Sequence record: NC_043027.1
Length of the DNA: 32,000 nt
Strand: one strand, 5' to 3'
From: Bacillus phage PBS1
Position 1 is the stretch's first letter. Each line of letters opens with the position of its first letter. A program made the position numbers and the translations under genes. Shown one piece after another: positions 1 through 9,451 of the stretch. Under the pieces are notes generated by a model. It made no database searches. It had not been told where the DNA came from and saw only the letters and a list, made by a program, of their open reading frames with translations.

Positions 1-2
1 TA

Positions 3-650
3 AATTCTTCTAAATCATTTTTACAAGATGTTGAACAATTATTGGCTACAAAGTATAATAATGAGATTAAGAAGATTTTAGAAAGTATTTTTGATAATAA
101 AACTTTAACAGGTTTCCATGAAAATACTGAAACTAATGTAGTTAATGCAAGTCTGAATTTATTTGATAAAATAACAAAAGATGTTGATGAAGAATTTTTT
201 GATATTAATATATTGGAAATTTTATCTTCACAGAGAATTGAGATTGATTTTGATTCTAGAATTATTGAGAATGTTTCAATGAAATCAACTTTGGAATTCA
301 TATCTAGTATTATTAGACAGAAGATAGAATCAAAAGAAGTATTAAATATTAGACTAAATCATAATTTAAAACGTCTGGATAAGAGTATTAAGATCACAAA
401 AAAATCAAGAGAAATCAATCAAGAATCTAAGAATAAGATAAATGAGCAAATTATTGCCAATGAAATTTATATCACAAAGGCGAATAACTTTATTAAAGAG
501 CCACAGTTAAATATTTATATCCAAAAACTAGAGAAAGAGATAGAATCTAGTATGGAAAAAATGAAGAACTACTTAGATAGTTATTTTGGAATTGAATTTT
601 TTATTCAAAGTAAAAATAATAGATTAAGTGAGTCATTATCCTCTAATTAG
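3..650 (+). CDS. hypothetical protein, coiled-coil rich, 5' truncated by the window edge
   Basis: The frame is open to the window start (NSSKSFLQDVEQLLATKYNN...), so the track start at 42 (TTG) is probably internal. It is followed by the holin-like gene with an RBS. Confidence 0.6.
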   Translation, partial: NSSKSFLQDVEQLLATKYNNEIKKILESIFDNKTLTGFHENTETNVVNASLNLFDKITKDVDEEFFDINILEILSSQRIEIDFDSRIIENVSMKSTLEFISSIIRQKIESKEVLNIRLNHNLKRLDKSIKITKKSREINQESKNKINEQIIANEIYITKANNFIKEPQLNIYIQKLEKEIESSMEKMKNYLDSYFGIEFFIQSKNNRLSESLSSN

Positions 651-689
651 TTTATAACAATAAATTAAATAAATAAAGGAGGGTTATTA

Positions 690-1109
690 ATGACACCTGA
701 ACTTATGAATTTAATTTATTGTGTTATTCTAGCAGTAGTTGTATTAGCTGGAGGTTTTGGAGTTAGTGTCTTCCTAAAAAGACATAAAGAACTAGCTCCA
801 GTCCTTCAAGAAGTAACTAATGCTCTCCCAACTGTATTAGGAGTACTAAAGGCTATTGTGACTAAGGGTGTTTCACAACATCCTGCGGCTCATGCTTTTG
901 ATGTTTTACAAAAAGTGGCTGAAGTTGCCGCTAAAGGTGTAGAGCAAGTGAGTCAAGGTACAGAGTTGCAATCTGAAGAAAAATTAAAGTTGGCTAAAGA
1001 AAACTTCCATGCTATTGCTGAAGGTGTTGGTCTTAAGCCATCTGAACTTGATGAGAAGGCTGTTGAAACTCTCATTGAGAATGTAGTATTTCATTTCAAC
1101 AAAAAATAA
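690..1109 (+). CDS. putative phage holin, LLH/superfamily 6-like
   Basis: 139 aa with a single N-terminal TM segment (LIYCVILAVVVLAGGFGVSVFL), then an amphipathic region and a charged C-terminus. RBS aaaggaggg upstream and a terminator directly downstream. Confidence 0.6.
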   Translation: MTPELMNLIYCVILAVVVLAGGFGVSVFLKRHKELAPVLQEVTNALPTVLGVLKAIVTKGVSQHPAAHAFDVLQKVAEVAAKGVEQVSQGTELQSEEKLKLAKENFHAIAEGVGLKPSELDEKAVETLIENVVFHFNKK

Positions 1110-1116
1110 TAAATTG

Positions 1117-1150
1117 CTCCTATAATCCTAAAAGATTATAGGAGTTTTTA
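1117..1150 (+). terminator. Rho-independent terminator after the holin-like gene
   Basis: CTCCTATAATC-N6-GATTATAGGAG followed by TTTTT. Confidence 0.8.
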
Positions 1151-1201
1151 AATATATATTATTTCTTTGTAATTAGATAATAAAAATTAAGGGGGAATAA
1201 T

Positions 1202-1348
1202 ATGAATTATTCAGTACATATTGCGTATAAAGATTATGGAACATTCTACACTCAAATACCTGCAAAAGATTATAATGATGCTATTTCAAAAATGATCAAT
1301 AATGCAGTTATGGAAGGAAAGCAAATACTATCTATCAAAGTTTATTAA
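1202..1348 (+). CDS. small hypothetical protein (48 aa), not in the supplied track
   Basis: ATG with upstream gggggaa RBS. Translates to MNYSVHIAYKDYGTFYTQIPAKDYNDAISKMINNAVMEGKQILSIKVY. Confidence 0.6.
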   Translation: MNYSVHIAYKDYGTFYTQIPAKDYNDAISKMINNAVMEGKQILSIKVY

Positions 1349-1360
1349 GGAGTAAAGTTA

Positions 1361-1540
1361 ATGGCTGTTAATGATACTTTAGGAATGATTATGGGTGTAT
1401 TATTCATATTCATATTTACTTATGGACTAGTTACTGTTAAAACTAAATTAGAGAAAGCTATATTCTCAATATTTGCATTGTTATTTATTGGATTCTTTAT
1501 TTTTAATATTACTATGTTAGTATTGGAAACAACAAGATAA
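1361..1540 (+). CDS. small membrane protein (59 aa), two predicted TM segments, not in the supplied track
   Basis: MAVNDTLGMMMGVLFIFIFTYGLVTVKTKLEKAIFSIFALLFIGFFIFNITMLVLETTR. RBS aaggag upstream. Confidence 0.55.
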   Translation: MAVNDTLGMIMGVLFIFIFTYGLVTVKTKLEKAIFSIFALLFIGFFIFNITMLVLETTR

Positions 1541-1559
1541 AATAAAGGAGTGATTAATA

Positions 1560-1928
1560 ATGGAACATTCATTTTGTCCAGAGTGTTATGAGATGAGAGA
1601 TTTTAATGAAGTTTTTAAAAGTGATACATTTAATTTCTATGGACAAGAAATTGAAATTACTAGTCGTTTTCTAGAATGTACAATATGTGGGGAAGAGATT
1701 ACTGATCCAAAGAGAATTGATGAAAATTTTATTAAAGCTTATACTAAGTATAGGAATGAAAATAACCTTCTTCATTCAGAAGAGATAAAAAATATTAGAG
1801 AAAAGAAAAACTTATCTCAAGAAGAATTTGCAGAAATACTTGGTTGCTCTAAAAGAACTATTCAAAGAATTGAAACAGGAGCTTTACAAACTAAAGAACA
1901 AGATAAAAAAATAAGAGAATTAGTTTAA
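1560..1928 (+). CDS. zinc-finger plus XRE-type HTH protein, MqsA/YgiT-like architecture
   Basis: CPEC...CTIC N-terminal zinc knuckles, then EIKNIREKKNLSQEEFAEILGCSKRTIQRIETG HTH. RBS present. Confidence 0.7.
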   Translation: MEHSFCPECYEMRDFNEVFKSDTFNFYGQEIEITSRFLECTICGEEITDPKRIDENFIKAYTKYRNENNLLHSEEIKNIREKKNLSQEEFAEILGCSKRTIQRIETGALQTKEQDKKIRELV

Positions 1929-1956
1929 ATAACTAATTAATTGGGAGAGAAAACAA

Positions 1957-2445
1957 ATGGCAATGACAGCGCAAACAGAGGAATTAATGAAAATGAGAAA
2001 TTTACGTTCTAGAGACATTCAAGGTAGAAAGGCAATCCTAACTGAAGATGTTGCATTCTTTACTTCTGTTTCTAGAAATGATAATAGTCTTGTTGTATTT
2101 GAAAAAGGAACAGAGGTTACTGGTGTTTATAGAATGACCAATACTGATTTATATATCTTTAGATTCAATGGTTTATATAATTTTCCTATTAGATCATATA
2201 AATTTGAATGGAAAGACGAAAGAGAAGATGATAATTTATATAATGGGGGAAAAGACTTTACCTACTGTACTGAATGTAATGAAGTTCTTAATAGCGAAGA
2301 TGACTTATACCCAGATATGTGTAATGAATGTGGTACAGAAAAAACATATAATTTTAGAAAACCAATGAAATTTAGTAATGATAATGATGAATTTCACGAA
2401 ATTACCAATTATGAACCAGTAGGATATTCAACTGATAATGACTAA
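1957..2445 (+). CDS. hypothetical protein with C-terminal zinc ribbon
   Basis: YCTECNEVLNSEDDLYPDMCNECG. RBS ggagag upstream. Confidence 0.6.
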   Translation: MAMTAQTEELMKMRNLRSRDIQGRKAILTEDVAFFTSVSRNDNSLVVFEKGTEVTGVYRMTNTDLYIFRFNGLYNFPIRSYKFEWKDEREDDNLYNGGKDFTYCTECNEVLNSEDDLYPDMCNECGTEKTYNFRKPMKFSNDNDEFHEITNYEPVGYSTDND

Positions 2446-2470
2446 GTAGATAATTCATGGGGAATTTAAA

Positions 2471-2510
2471 ATAAGAACAATCTTATATAGAGGTTGTTCT
2501 TATTTTTTTT
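2471..2510 (+). terminator. Rho-independent terminator
   Basis: ATAAGAACAA...TTGTTCTTAT followed by a run of T. Confidence 0.8.
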
Positions 2511-2551
2511 TATTATATGTTTAAAAATTATTTAAATGGGGAGAATTATAA

Positions 2552-3802
2552 ATGAGAGAATCTAGAATAGTGGCGTGTAAAATATCAACATCTATTTCTT
2601 CTTTAATTGGAAATATTACTGGTTATGCTAGATATTTTTTATCTACAAAGTTTCCTCCTGATTTTTTTAAAGATACTCATATTAGTGGTGCTTTAAATGA
2701 AATAAGAATGGAAAATGTAGATATTACAAAATTAAGAAAACCTACTCTAATTATGACACCTGAATATAACGGTGAAACCGGATTTATGGAATTGTTACCA
2801 AATTGGCACACAACACAATATTTTACCTTTAAGAATCCAAGGAAGAAATATAATGGTGTACTATACGATAATAAAAATGATATTTATATATACTCAATAC
2901 CTGATAGAATTAAGGTAAACTTCAATATTAAAATAAAGTTACCATCTGAATTGTATGCTTATGATGTACTACATTATGTAAAACAAACATTTGAAACTGG
3001 TGGATATTTCTATTTAAATGATGTAAGTTTACAGACAGAATTACCAAAGATGTATACTAAAATTATAGAGAAAAAATTAAATCTAGATCCAACTAAACCA
3101 GATGATAGGGAGAAGTTAGAGGAATACTACTTGGCTAATTCCTATAATGCGATCACAGAAAAAATCAATCAATCTTCAGGTAATAGCCAGTATGCATATA
3201 CTTATAAAACTAATATTCTTGTAAATATTCCTGATTTACCTACTTATGAAAAAAATGAAAATGGTTTAATTACTGATAGTACAACAGTAAACTTTCCTTT
3301 TTCCTTTGAACTATGGTCTCATTCAAATTATATAATGGAAACTAAAGACGATCCAATAATAGACACAATTAGTAATGAGCCAAGTATTGAAGGAAGAACT
3401 ATGAAATATGACTTTTTTCTTCCTACCCATTTTATAAAAGAACAATATGATAGTATGCATCTAATTGTGCATAAACAATTCCTTCCAGATATTAATACAG
3501 AAGTTGACATACTAGATTTTAGTCCACTCATTAACTCCGAGTTAAGAGGAGTTATAGAGGAAGCACTAAAGCAAAAATTAGATATGTCAAAACTCTTGAA
3601 AGCCAGAGTATTAGTAGATAACAAAGAGATATATGAGGAACTCTTTAATGTGGATTGGAAGACTCTCAACTTAATAACGAAAGAACCTATGTATAACATG
3701 ACTTATACGCTAATGATTTATGGTGATTTAAAAATTTTAAACCTCATAAGTAAGTATATTGCGGAGGGCACAAAGGAGAAGATATCTGAAATAGAACTAT
3801 AA
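2552..3802 (+). CDS. hypothetical phage protein (416 aa)
   Basis: Long ORF with RBS (ggggagaa). No motif recognised. Confidence 0.7.
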   Translation: MRESRIVACKISTSISSLIGNITGYARYFLSTKFPPDFFKDTHISGALNEIRMENVDITKLRKPTLIMTPEYNGETGFMELLPNWHTTQYFTFKNPRKKYNGVLYDNKNDIYIYSIPDRIKVNFNIKIKLPSELYAYDVLHYVKQTFETGGYFYLNDVSLQTELPKMYTKIIEKKLNLDPTKPDDREKLEEYYLANSYNAITEKINQSSGNSQYAYTYKTNILVNIPDLPTYEKNENGLITDSTTVNFPFSFELWSHSNYIMETKDDPIIDTISNEPSIEGRTMKYDFFLPTHFIKEQYDSMHLIVHKQFLPDINTEVDILDFSPLINSELRGVIEEALKQKLDMSKLLKARVLVDNKEIYEELFNVDWKTLNLITKEPMYNMTYTLMIYGDLKILNLISKYIAEGTKEKISEIEL

Positions 3803-3824
3803 AAATTAGAAAGATGGGATTCAC

Positions 3825-4109
3825 ATGAAATTAGAAGAGCTTTATCAGACACTTAAAAATGAGTATCTTTCAGGTAAATTTTATATTGAAGATAATAAAA
3901 TTAATTGGATTTACAGTACTGAAGGTGTAAAAAGTGCTGAAGAAGCTGAAGACAGATGGCTTTCCTTTCTAGGTGCAAAAATTACCGCCGAGAATATCAT
4001 TGAGGGAACAAACTTTGAAATTATTCAAAAGTTTGAAAGTAACAATAAGATTGGTTTTTCAATTAGAGAAAAACTAGTCAAAAAGAAACAAGAATGTTTC
4101 TATTATTAA
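3825..4109 (+). CDS. hypothetical protein (94 aa)
   Basis: ORF with RBS-like gatggga, in operon-like spacing. Confidence 0.6.
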   Translation: MKLEELYQTLKNEYLSGKFYIEDNKINWIYSTEGVKSAEEAEDRWLSFLGAKITAENIIEGTNFEIIQKFESNNKIGFSIREKLVKKKQECFYY

Positions 4110-4110
4110 A

Positions 4111-4147
4111 AAGATAAAATATCTCCTATCTGGAGATATTTTATCTT
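4111..4147 (+). terminator. strong hairpin, possible terminator or RNA-stability element
   Basis: AAGATAAAATATCTCC-TATCT-GGAGATATTTTATCTT, a perfect 16-bp stem with a 5-nt loop. No good T tract afterwards. Confidence 0.6.
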
Positions 4148-4309
4148 CATACCGTATTATAGTAATATTTCAAATATATATTATATTAATGTTAATAATA
4201 GGGATTAGATAAGAGAAAGGAGAAACAGTATTAATGAATAAATTATATTTAAAATTACATAATATTAAAACATAAAATATGGAAAAGAAGTGCATAAGGA
4301 GAGAATAAA

Positions 4310-4546
4310 ATGAGATCACAACTATTTAAAGATTTATTAAAAAAGTATAAAGAAGATAATGAGAATTTTAAATTAAGTGTTTGTGGTAGAGAGTATAGAA
4401 TAACAGATGTTGTTAATGCTATTGAGATTTTTAGAGATGTTATTTTGGGAACTAAGTTTGATTGTAATTTTAGTGTATCACAAGATGGAAGTATAATTAT
4501 TGCTGAAATTTCTATATTTAAGAATGAAGACAAGGAAGTAATCTAA
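4310..4546 (+). CDS. hypothetical protein (78 aa)
   Basis: RBS aaggagagaat upstream. Co-directional with neighbours. The opposite-strand ORF at 4255-4533 has no comparable context. Confidence 0.6.
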   Translation: MRSQLFKDLLKKYKEDNENFKLSVCGREYRITDVVNAIEIFRDVILGTKFDCNFSVSQDGSIIIAEISIFKNEDKEVI

Positions 4547-4572
4547 AGAGATAATATTGGGGGAATATAATA

Positions 4573-5028
4573 ATGTACAGATCAGATAAAGAATTCTATT
4601 CAAAGAAAATCGATAAAATGATATCTAATGTAATTGATGATTATACTGATGAGCCGTATTATGAATTCTTTGATAAAGGAATTAGTATTGAAAGTCTAAT
4701 AAGAGAAGAGAATAGAAATAATCCTGTTGAAAAATCATTTTTAGAAGCATTAAAAGAGTTCAATATTAAATTAGATGTTCCAATGTTTGCTCATCTAAAA
4801 GATAGAAATGATCCTTTTGATTTACTTAATGTATTTCTATTAAAAGAATATGTAGTGATATTGAGTTATTATTCAATTGGAAGTGTAGTTGATACAGCAT
4901 CAATTTATAAACTAAATGATCCTAAAGGTTATTTTAAAGAAGAACCCTTGGATGTTGAGCCTGAATCAATTGATATTCTATTTGAAAGAAAAAGAAATGA
5001 AGAATCAAAATTAATTAGTGTGAAATAA
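4573..5028 (+). CDS. hypothetical protein (151 aa)
   Basis: ORF with RBS (gggggaa). Confidence 0.65.
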   Translation: MYRSDKEFYSKKIDKMISNVIDDYTDEPYYEFFDKGISIESLIREENRNNPVEKSFLEALKEFNIKLDVPMFAHLKDRNDPFDLLNVFLLKEYVVILSYYSIGSVVDTASIYKLNDPKGYFKEEPLDVEPESIDILFERKRNEESKLISVK

Positions 5029-5030
5029 TA

Positions 5031-5064
5031 ATGGATAAGTAAGGAATATTCCTTACTTATCCAT
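5031..5064 (+). terminator. perfect 34-nt palindrome, hairpin terminator-like
   Basis: ATGGATAAGTAAGGAATATTCCTTACTTATCCAT, two nt after the stop codon. Confidence 0.55.
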
Positions 5065-5088
5065 CCTATTCTATTTGGAGGTATAGTA

Positions 5089-5415
5089 ATGATAAAAATA
5101 GAAACAAAAAATGATACTGCAATGATTAAAGATGAGTCTCTTAGGAAATCGACTGAAGAAGTATTAAATTATTATTTAAGTGCGCTAGGAGTAGAAGATC
5201 TAAAGAATAATGAAACAGTTACTATCTATGCTATTAGAGAATCGGGTAAACTAGAAGATCATGTTGTTGCAATGGAAATTGAATATATTGAGAGACAAAT
5301 TGGGAATGTTGTTTCAATAAATGTTATAGACCATGATAAAGATCATAATATCATCTATATAATCGATTATAACAATATTGTAGATCCAGAAATTAAATCA
5401 ATAAGAATAGAATAG
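5089..5415 (+). CDS. hypothetical protein (108 aa)
   Basis: ORF with TTTGGAGG RBS upstream. Confidence 0.65.
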   Translation: MIKIETKNDTAMIKDESLRKSTEEVLNYYLSALGVEDLKNNETVTIYAIRESGKLEDHVVAMEIEYIERQIGNVVSINVIDHDKDHNIIYIIDYNNIVDPEIKSIRIE

Positions 5416-5427
5416 GAGTTACTATAA

Positions 5428-5928
5428 ATGGTACAAATCCTTAATTTAAGTGAAGGATCAGCAAATGATAAAATAAAAGCAGTTGAAAGATTAAGAGATG
5501 AATTTGATAATAATAGTTTTACTTTATATACTATGGAAACTAAGATAATGGGAGTTGAAGATAGAATAACAAGAATCTATCTAGGTGACTTATTATTAAT
5601 GCATGCATCTAATCACCTTATTGTACCTGATAAAATGGGAAATCCTATGCAATCCAGCAATGGTGTAACAGTATTTAATGGATCTAGAGATCATCAGAGA
5701 ATGTTAGAAGTTGGTATTGGTGGATGGGATGCATTTAAATTCTGGATTTCCAATACTACCTTCCTATATGCATTTAGATGTAAAAATTTTAGAGATTTAT
5801 TAAATGGTTCAAAGCAAATTGATCCAATGATTAATAGTATCTTTTATAAATTTTTTAAAAATCCAGATGTTAGAGAACAATTTACTCGTGTTTTAAATGA
5901 AGCTCGAATTAATATTAAGGAGAATTAA
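5428..5928 (+). CDS. hypothetical protein (166 aa)
   Basis: ORF with RBS (aggagt), tight spacing to neighbours. Confidence 0.65.
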   Translation: MVQILNLSEGSANDKIKAVERLRDEFDNNSFTLYTMETKIMGVEDRITRIYLGDLLLMHASNHLIVPDKMGNPMQSSNGVTVFNGSRDHQRMLEVGIGGWDAFKFWISNTTFLYAFRCKNFRDLLNGSKQIDPMINSIFYKFFKNPDVREQFTRVLNEARINIKEN

Positions 5929-5931
5929 TAG

Positions 5932-6174
5932 ATGCTAGATAATAGTATAGATGAGCGTATGATGACGGCTAAACTAAATATCTCTTTTAAAATAAAAAAA
6001 GAGTTACAAAAAAGAAAAATATCTATACGTCAGTTAGAAGAAAATATAGGATTAAAACATCCTCAAATAGTAAGAATAACTAATGCTGATAATAATTATA
6101 ATATCAATACATTATTGAAAATTTTAGATGGTCTAGATTTAGAAGTTACGATTCAAAATAAAAATAAGCAGTAA
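5932..6174 (+). CDS. small HTH (XRE-type) DNA-binding protein
   Basis: ISIRQLEENIGLKHPQIVRITNADNNYNINTLLKILDGLDLEVTI resembles a Cro/C1-type HTH. Confidence 0.6.
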   Translation: MLDNSIDERMMTAKLNISFKIKKELQKRKISIRQLEENIGLKHPQIVRITNADNNYNINTLLKILDGLDLEVTIQNKNKQ

Positions 6175-6190
6175 ATAAGAGGTAAAATAG

Positions 6191-6352
6191 ATGATCAAAG
6201 ATTTAAAAACTATTGCTCTATGTTTAGTTGGGTTTATTATTATATTCTTCATAATTAAAAAATTTATGTATTCTAATGAGGAAGAAGAATGTCTAAAAAG
6301 AGATCATTATGTAGATGATTTTAAATGGGAAGAATATTGTAAAAATAAATAG
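6191..6352 (+). CDS. small membrane-anchored protein (53 aa), not in the supplied track
   Basis: MIKDLKTIALCLVGFIIIFFIIKKFMYSNEEEECLKRDHYVDDFKWEEYCKNK. RBS aagaggt upstream and terminator downstream. Confidence 0.55.
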   Translation: MIKDLKTIALCLVGFIIIFFIIKKFMYSNEEEECLKRDHYVDDFKWEEYCKNK

Positions 6353-6359
6353 AAAGAAT

Positions 6360-6392
6360 AATCCTATATCACATGATATAGGATTATTTTTT
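6360..6392. terminator. terminator between convergent genes
   Basis: AATCCTATATCA-CA-TGATATAGGATT followed by a long T tract on the + strand. Confidence 0.8.
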
Positions 6393-6393
6393 T

Positions 6394-7143
6394 TTATGCA
6401 TAAATAAGATATTCAATTAATACTGTTTTAGTAAGAGATGTGAGTGACTCTGAATCAAAAGTTACTCTTGAAAATAGCTCAGTATCTTTATAGGTATTAT
6501 TAGCTTCATCATACTCAGCAAATACTAAGCCTAGTTCATTAATGAGATATCCTCTAGTTTCATCTGCATTAATTTTAAGCATAATCTTTTGATAAACTTC
6601 ATTATTTTCTTTACTGAATACCCATTGAGGTTCTACTTCAAAAACTTTACCATAATATTCAGTAGTTCCATCAGATCTTACTTCAGGTAGATAATAACGT
6701 TTTCTTTGTTCTTCTGAAAGTTCCTCAATAATAGAAGGATTATTTTCTTTTTCAGGAGTTTCATGCTTTGCTGGATCCTGAACAACAAATGGAACTGGCT
6801 TTGCTAGATCTTCGTCACTATACAATGGTGCAAAAGGTTGGAAAGGTGCAGATTCAATATCAGCGCCACCTGAACCTACTTTAAATAAGCAAATACTTCT
6901 ATTTAAGTTAACTTTATAACCTGAAGCTTCTGCATCAATCGGTTTACCAAATAAACGCTCCAAAGCATATGTTCTTCCACGTAGTACAATTAGATTATCT
7001 TTTTCTAAAATTGTATTTCCAAATTCATCCATTACTTTTACTTTACCTTTTAATCCCATGCCAGAACTTGGCTGAGAAGTTTTATCTCCAATATTAATCC
7101 CATCATTGAATTTCAATTTTTCAGTCATTATTGAAACCTCCAA
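6394..7143 (-). CDS. hypothetical protein, probable virion/baseplate-associated (249 aa)
   Basis: ORF adjacent to a large structural-like gene. Contains VKVMDEFGNTILEKDNLIVLRGRTYALERLF, a style seen in phage baseplate/tail proteins. Function is inferred. Confidence 0.5.
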   Translation of the reverse strand: MEVSIMTEKLKFNDGINIGDKTSQPSSGMGLKGKVKVMDEFGNTILEKDNLIVLRGRTYALERLFGKPIDAEASGYKVNLNRSICLFKVGSGGADIESAPFQPFAPLYSDEDLAKPVPFVVQDPAKHETPEKENNPSIIEELSEEQRKRYYLPEVRSDGTTEYYGKVFEVEPQWVFSKENNEVYQKIMLKINADETRGYLINELGLVFAEYDEANNTYKDTELFSRVTFDSESLTSLTKTVLIEYLIYA

Positions 7144-7177
7144 TTTATTATATTTACAAATAAATGTTTACTATTCT

Positions 7178-9394
7178 TTAAACTTCCTCATAAATAACCT
7201 TATCTTCTTGATTCTCTTCAGATACAGTTATTTTTACTGATTCTTTCAATAACATAGTATCATTATTGTTTAAACTAGACTCATAATTAAAGCGATCAGA
7301 TAATTTATAGATATCATGTTGATTTATTTGAATATCTGAAATTTTATATTGATCATGATAACCTATACCTTCTATTGGTGAGTGAATTGTATGAACTATT
7401 CGATCATCATTGAGAACCATATTAGAATCATCTTTATACAATTGAGATTGCCACCACATTACATCTCTTATATTTAATGGTACTTTGATATTAAGATTAG
7501 TATCTAAGATATTAGAAATATCTAATAGATCGATAGTGCTTGCAAAACTATGATCTGTTGTTGCACTAAAATCATCAAATAATTTAAGAGTATTAAATGT
7601 TTTATCATCAAATGAAAATACAATATTAGCTGATAAAAGATCAATAGTGTATGATTTAAAAATACTAATAATTGTATAAAGATATTTTTCTATATATGAA
7701 CTTAGTCCAATAAAATTATTATTTGTAAAATATCTTCTTACTTTCGGATCACTAATATAGTTTCCAATTGATTCAGTTAATTCAAATACTCTATCTTTAT
7801 AAAAATTAGCTAATAATTTCTCACTATCTTTAATAGTATCTGGTACTTGAATATATTTATATAGATCATAATTTCTTGTTTTAATGTAATCACTAAATGT
7901 TTCACTATCACCATAAATAGAATTGCTGATTTTAGTCCTCATTTCAATATCCCATATCTCTTGAAGTTTTCTATAGATATGATAGTTATCAGTTTCTATA
8001 ATCATATCTTCTAGATATTTTCGCATTTTCTCATTTGTATTAAAAACCTCTAAGAAATCTTCGATAGAATATTTTTCTTTCTCAAAACCTGTCATTTTAA
8101 AATTCTCAGTAAATTCAATAATTTCTTTATAATTATTGATTCTAGAAGCATTTTTAATAGCTATCTCTTTAATTTCACTCATTATACTACTAATATCTAT
8201 ACTATTTTCTATGTCCCGATAGCCATAGATATAATTAATAACATCTGGATTCTTACTTATAGTATCCCTATAACCATGACTTCTAATAACTAAAGATTGC
8301 AGAGCTACTATAGCATCATATATCTTGACTATATTTTCAGAAATACTTCCGTTAATAAATCCAAAGTCAATGCCTTCTTTTTGACTATAATCTAATTGAA
8401 ACTTATTTAATATTGACATGAAATAAGCTAACCCAATTGTTTCATTCATAGCATCTATTGTAGTATCAACACTCATATATTTTGAATTAATAAAATTAAA
8501 AGGAATGCTCTTTACTTCATCTTCTGATGCTTGCCAATAAGGATCATTTGAAACAATTGAATTATAATCTAGAATAATATCTTTTTTAAAATCAACTTCT
8601 TTATCAGCAGGTGTTTTAAAAAACATTAGATAAGGATCATTATAGTTTAATTTCCCAGTTTTTGGATCTGTACTATAACCCTTTGCCAATACATATCTAT
8701 ATATCTCTATATTATCAAAACCAAATAAATTGATAATTTCAAGAATAGCCTGATTAGTTCCTTTATGAGATAATAATGTATTAATCATTTTTAATAATCT
8801 TCTTTGATAGTTAATTGGCATATCCTCAAAATAATCAAGACCAACTGAAATAAATGCATTTTTAAGAGTCCTCATATCATAAACATCTATATTAAAGAAA
8901 TTTTCCATCTTTCTAGTTAGATATCTCTGGACGGTAGAGAATATTAAGAACAATTTAATAAATCCTCTATACATATCTTGGTTTTTAAATGCCTTAGTAG
9001 AGGTAACTTTATTATGATAATTTAGTACTTCATAGTAGCACTCATAAAATAGATTCATTTCTTCTCTTGATAAAGTAGGTCTTGTGGCTAATAAAATATG
9101 AAGATCTTTGGCAGTTCTAGAAGTTAAATAGTCTATACCCCAGTTATCATACAATTCTTTATAGTAACTATTTAACTCAGTATAACCATCAATTATTTTT
9201 TTCTTAGTTTCTTCATCTACATCATATAAACCTAAACGTATATTTATGAATTCATTAGACAAACGATAAGAATTTGTAGTTTCCAAGGAATCAGCTAATT
9301 CAGTATCTTTTAGAATGAGACCATTGGCGAACTCAAGGACGCTTTCAATCTCATTTATATCCCCTTGTGAGAGGACACTATAATTGCTTCCCAA
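7178..9394 (-). CDS. large hypothetical protein, probable virion structural protein (738 aa)
   Basis: Long ORF, TTG start with GAGGTG RBS. No catalytic motif recognised. Grouped with 6394-7143. Confidence 0.6.
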   Translation of the reverse strand: MGSNYSVLSQGDINEIESVLEFANGLILKDTELADSLETTNSYRLSNEFINIRLGLYDVDEETKKKIIDGYTELNSYYKELYDNWGIDYLTSRTAKDLHILLATRPTLSREEMNLFYECYYEVLNYHNKVTSTKAFKNQDMYRGFIKLFLIFSTVQRYLTRKMENFFNIDVYDMRTLKNAFISVGLDYFEDMPINYQRRLLKMINTLLSHKGTNQAILEIINLFGFDNIEIYRYVLAKGYSTDPKTGKLNYNDPYLMFFKTPADKEVDFKKDIILDYNSIVSNDPYWQASEDEVKSIPFNFINSKYMSVDTTIDAMNETIGLAYFMSILNKFQLDYSQKEGIDFGFINGSISENIVKIYDAIVALQSLVIRSHGYRDTISKNPDVINYIYGYRDIENSIDISSIMSEIKEIAIKNASRINNYKEIIEFTENFKMTGFEKEKYSIEDFLEVFNTNEKMRKYLEDMIIETDNYHIYRKLQEIWDIEMRTKISNSIYGDSETFSDYIKTRNYDLYKYIQVPDTIKDSEKLLANFYKDRVFELTESIGNYISDPKVRRYFTNNNFIGLSSYIEKYLYTIISIFKSYTIDLLSANIVFSFDDKTFNTLKLFDDFSATTDHSFASTIDLLDISNILDTNLNIKVPLNIRDVMWWQSQLYKDDSNMVLNDDRIVHTIHSPIEGIGYHDQYKISDIQINQHDIYKLSDRFNYESSLNNNDTMLLKESVKITVSEENQEDKVIYEEV

Positions 9395-9451
9395 TCGTGT
9401 TCACCTCGCTTATTATTTATCTTTATGTTCAGAAATGGAGGAAATGTGAAA

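Noticed and set aside
3328-3699. Minus-strand ORF of 123 aa
   Set aside because: Lies wholly inside the 416-aa + strand gene and lacks an RBS or operon context.
4255-4533. Minus-strand ORF of 92 aa
   Set aside because: Antisense to 4310-4546, which has a good RBS and matches local gene direction.
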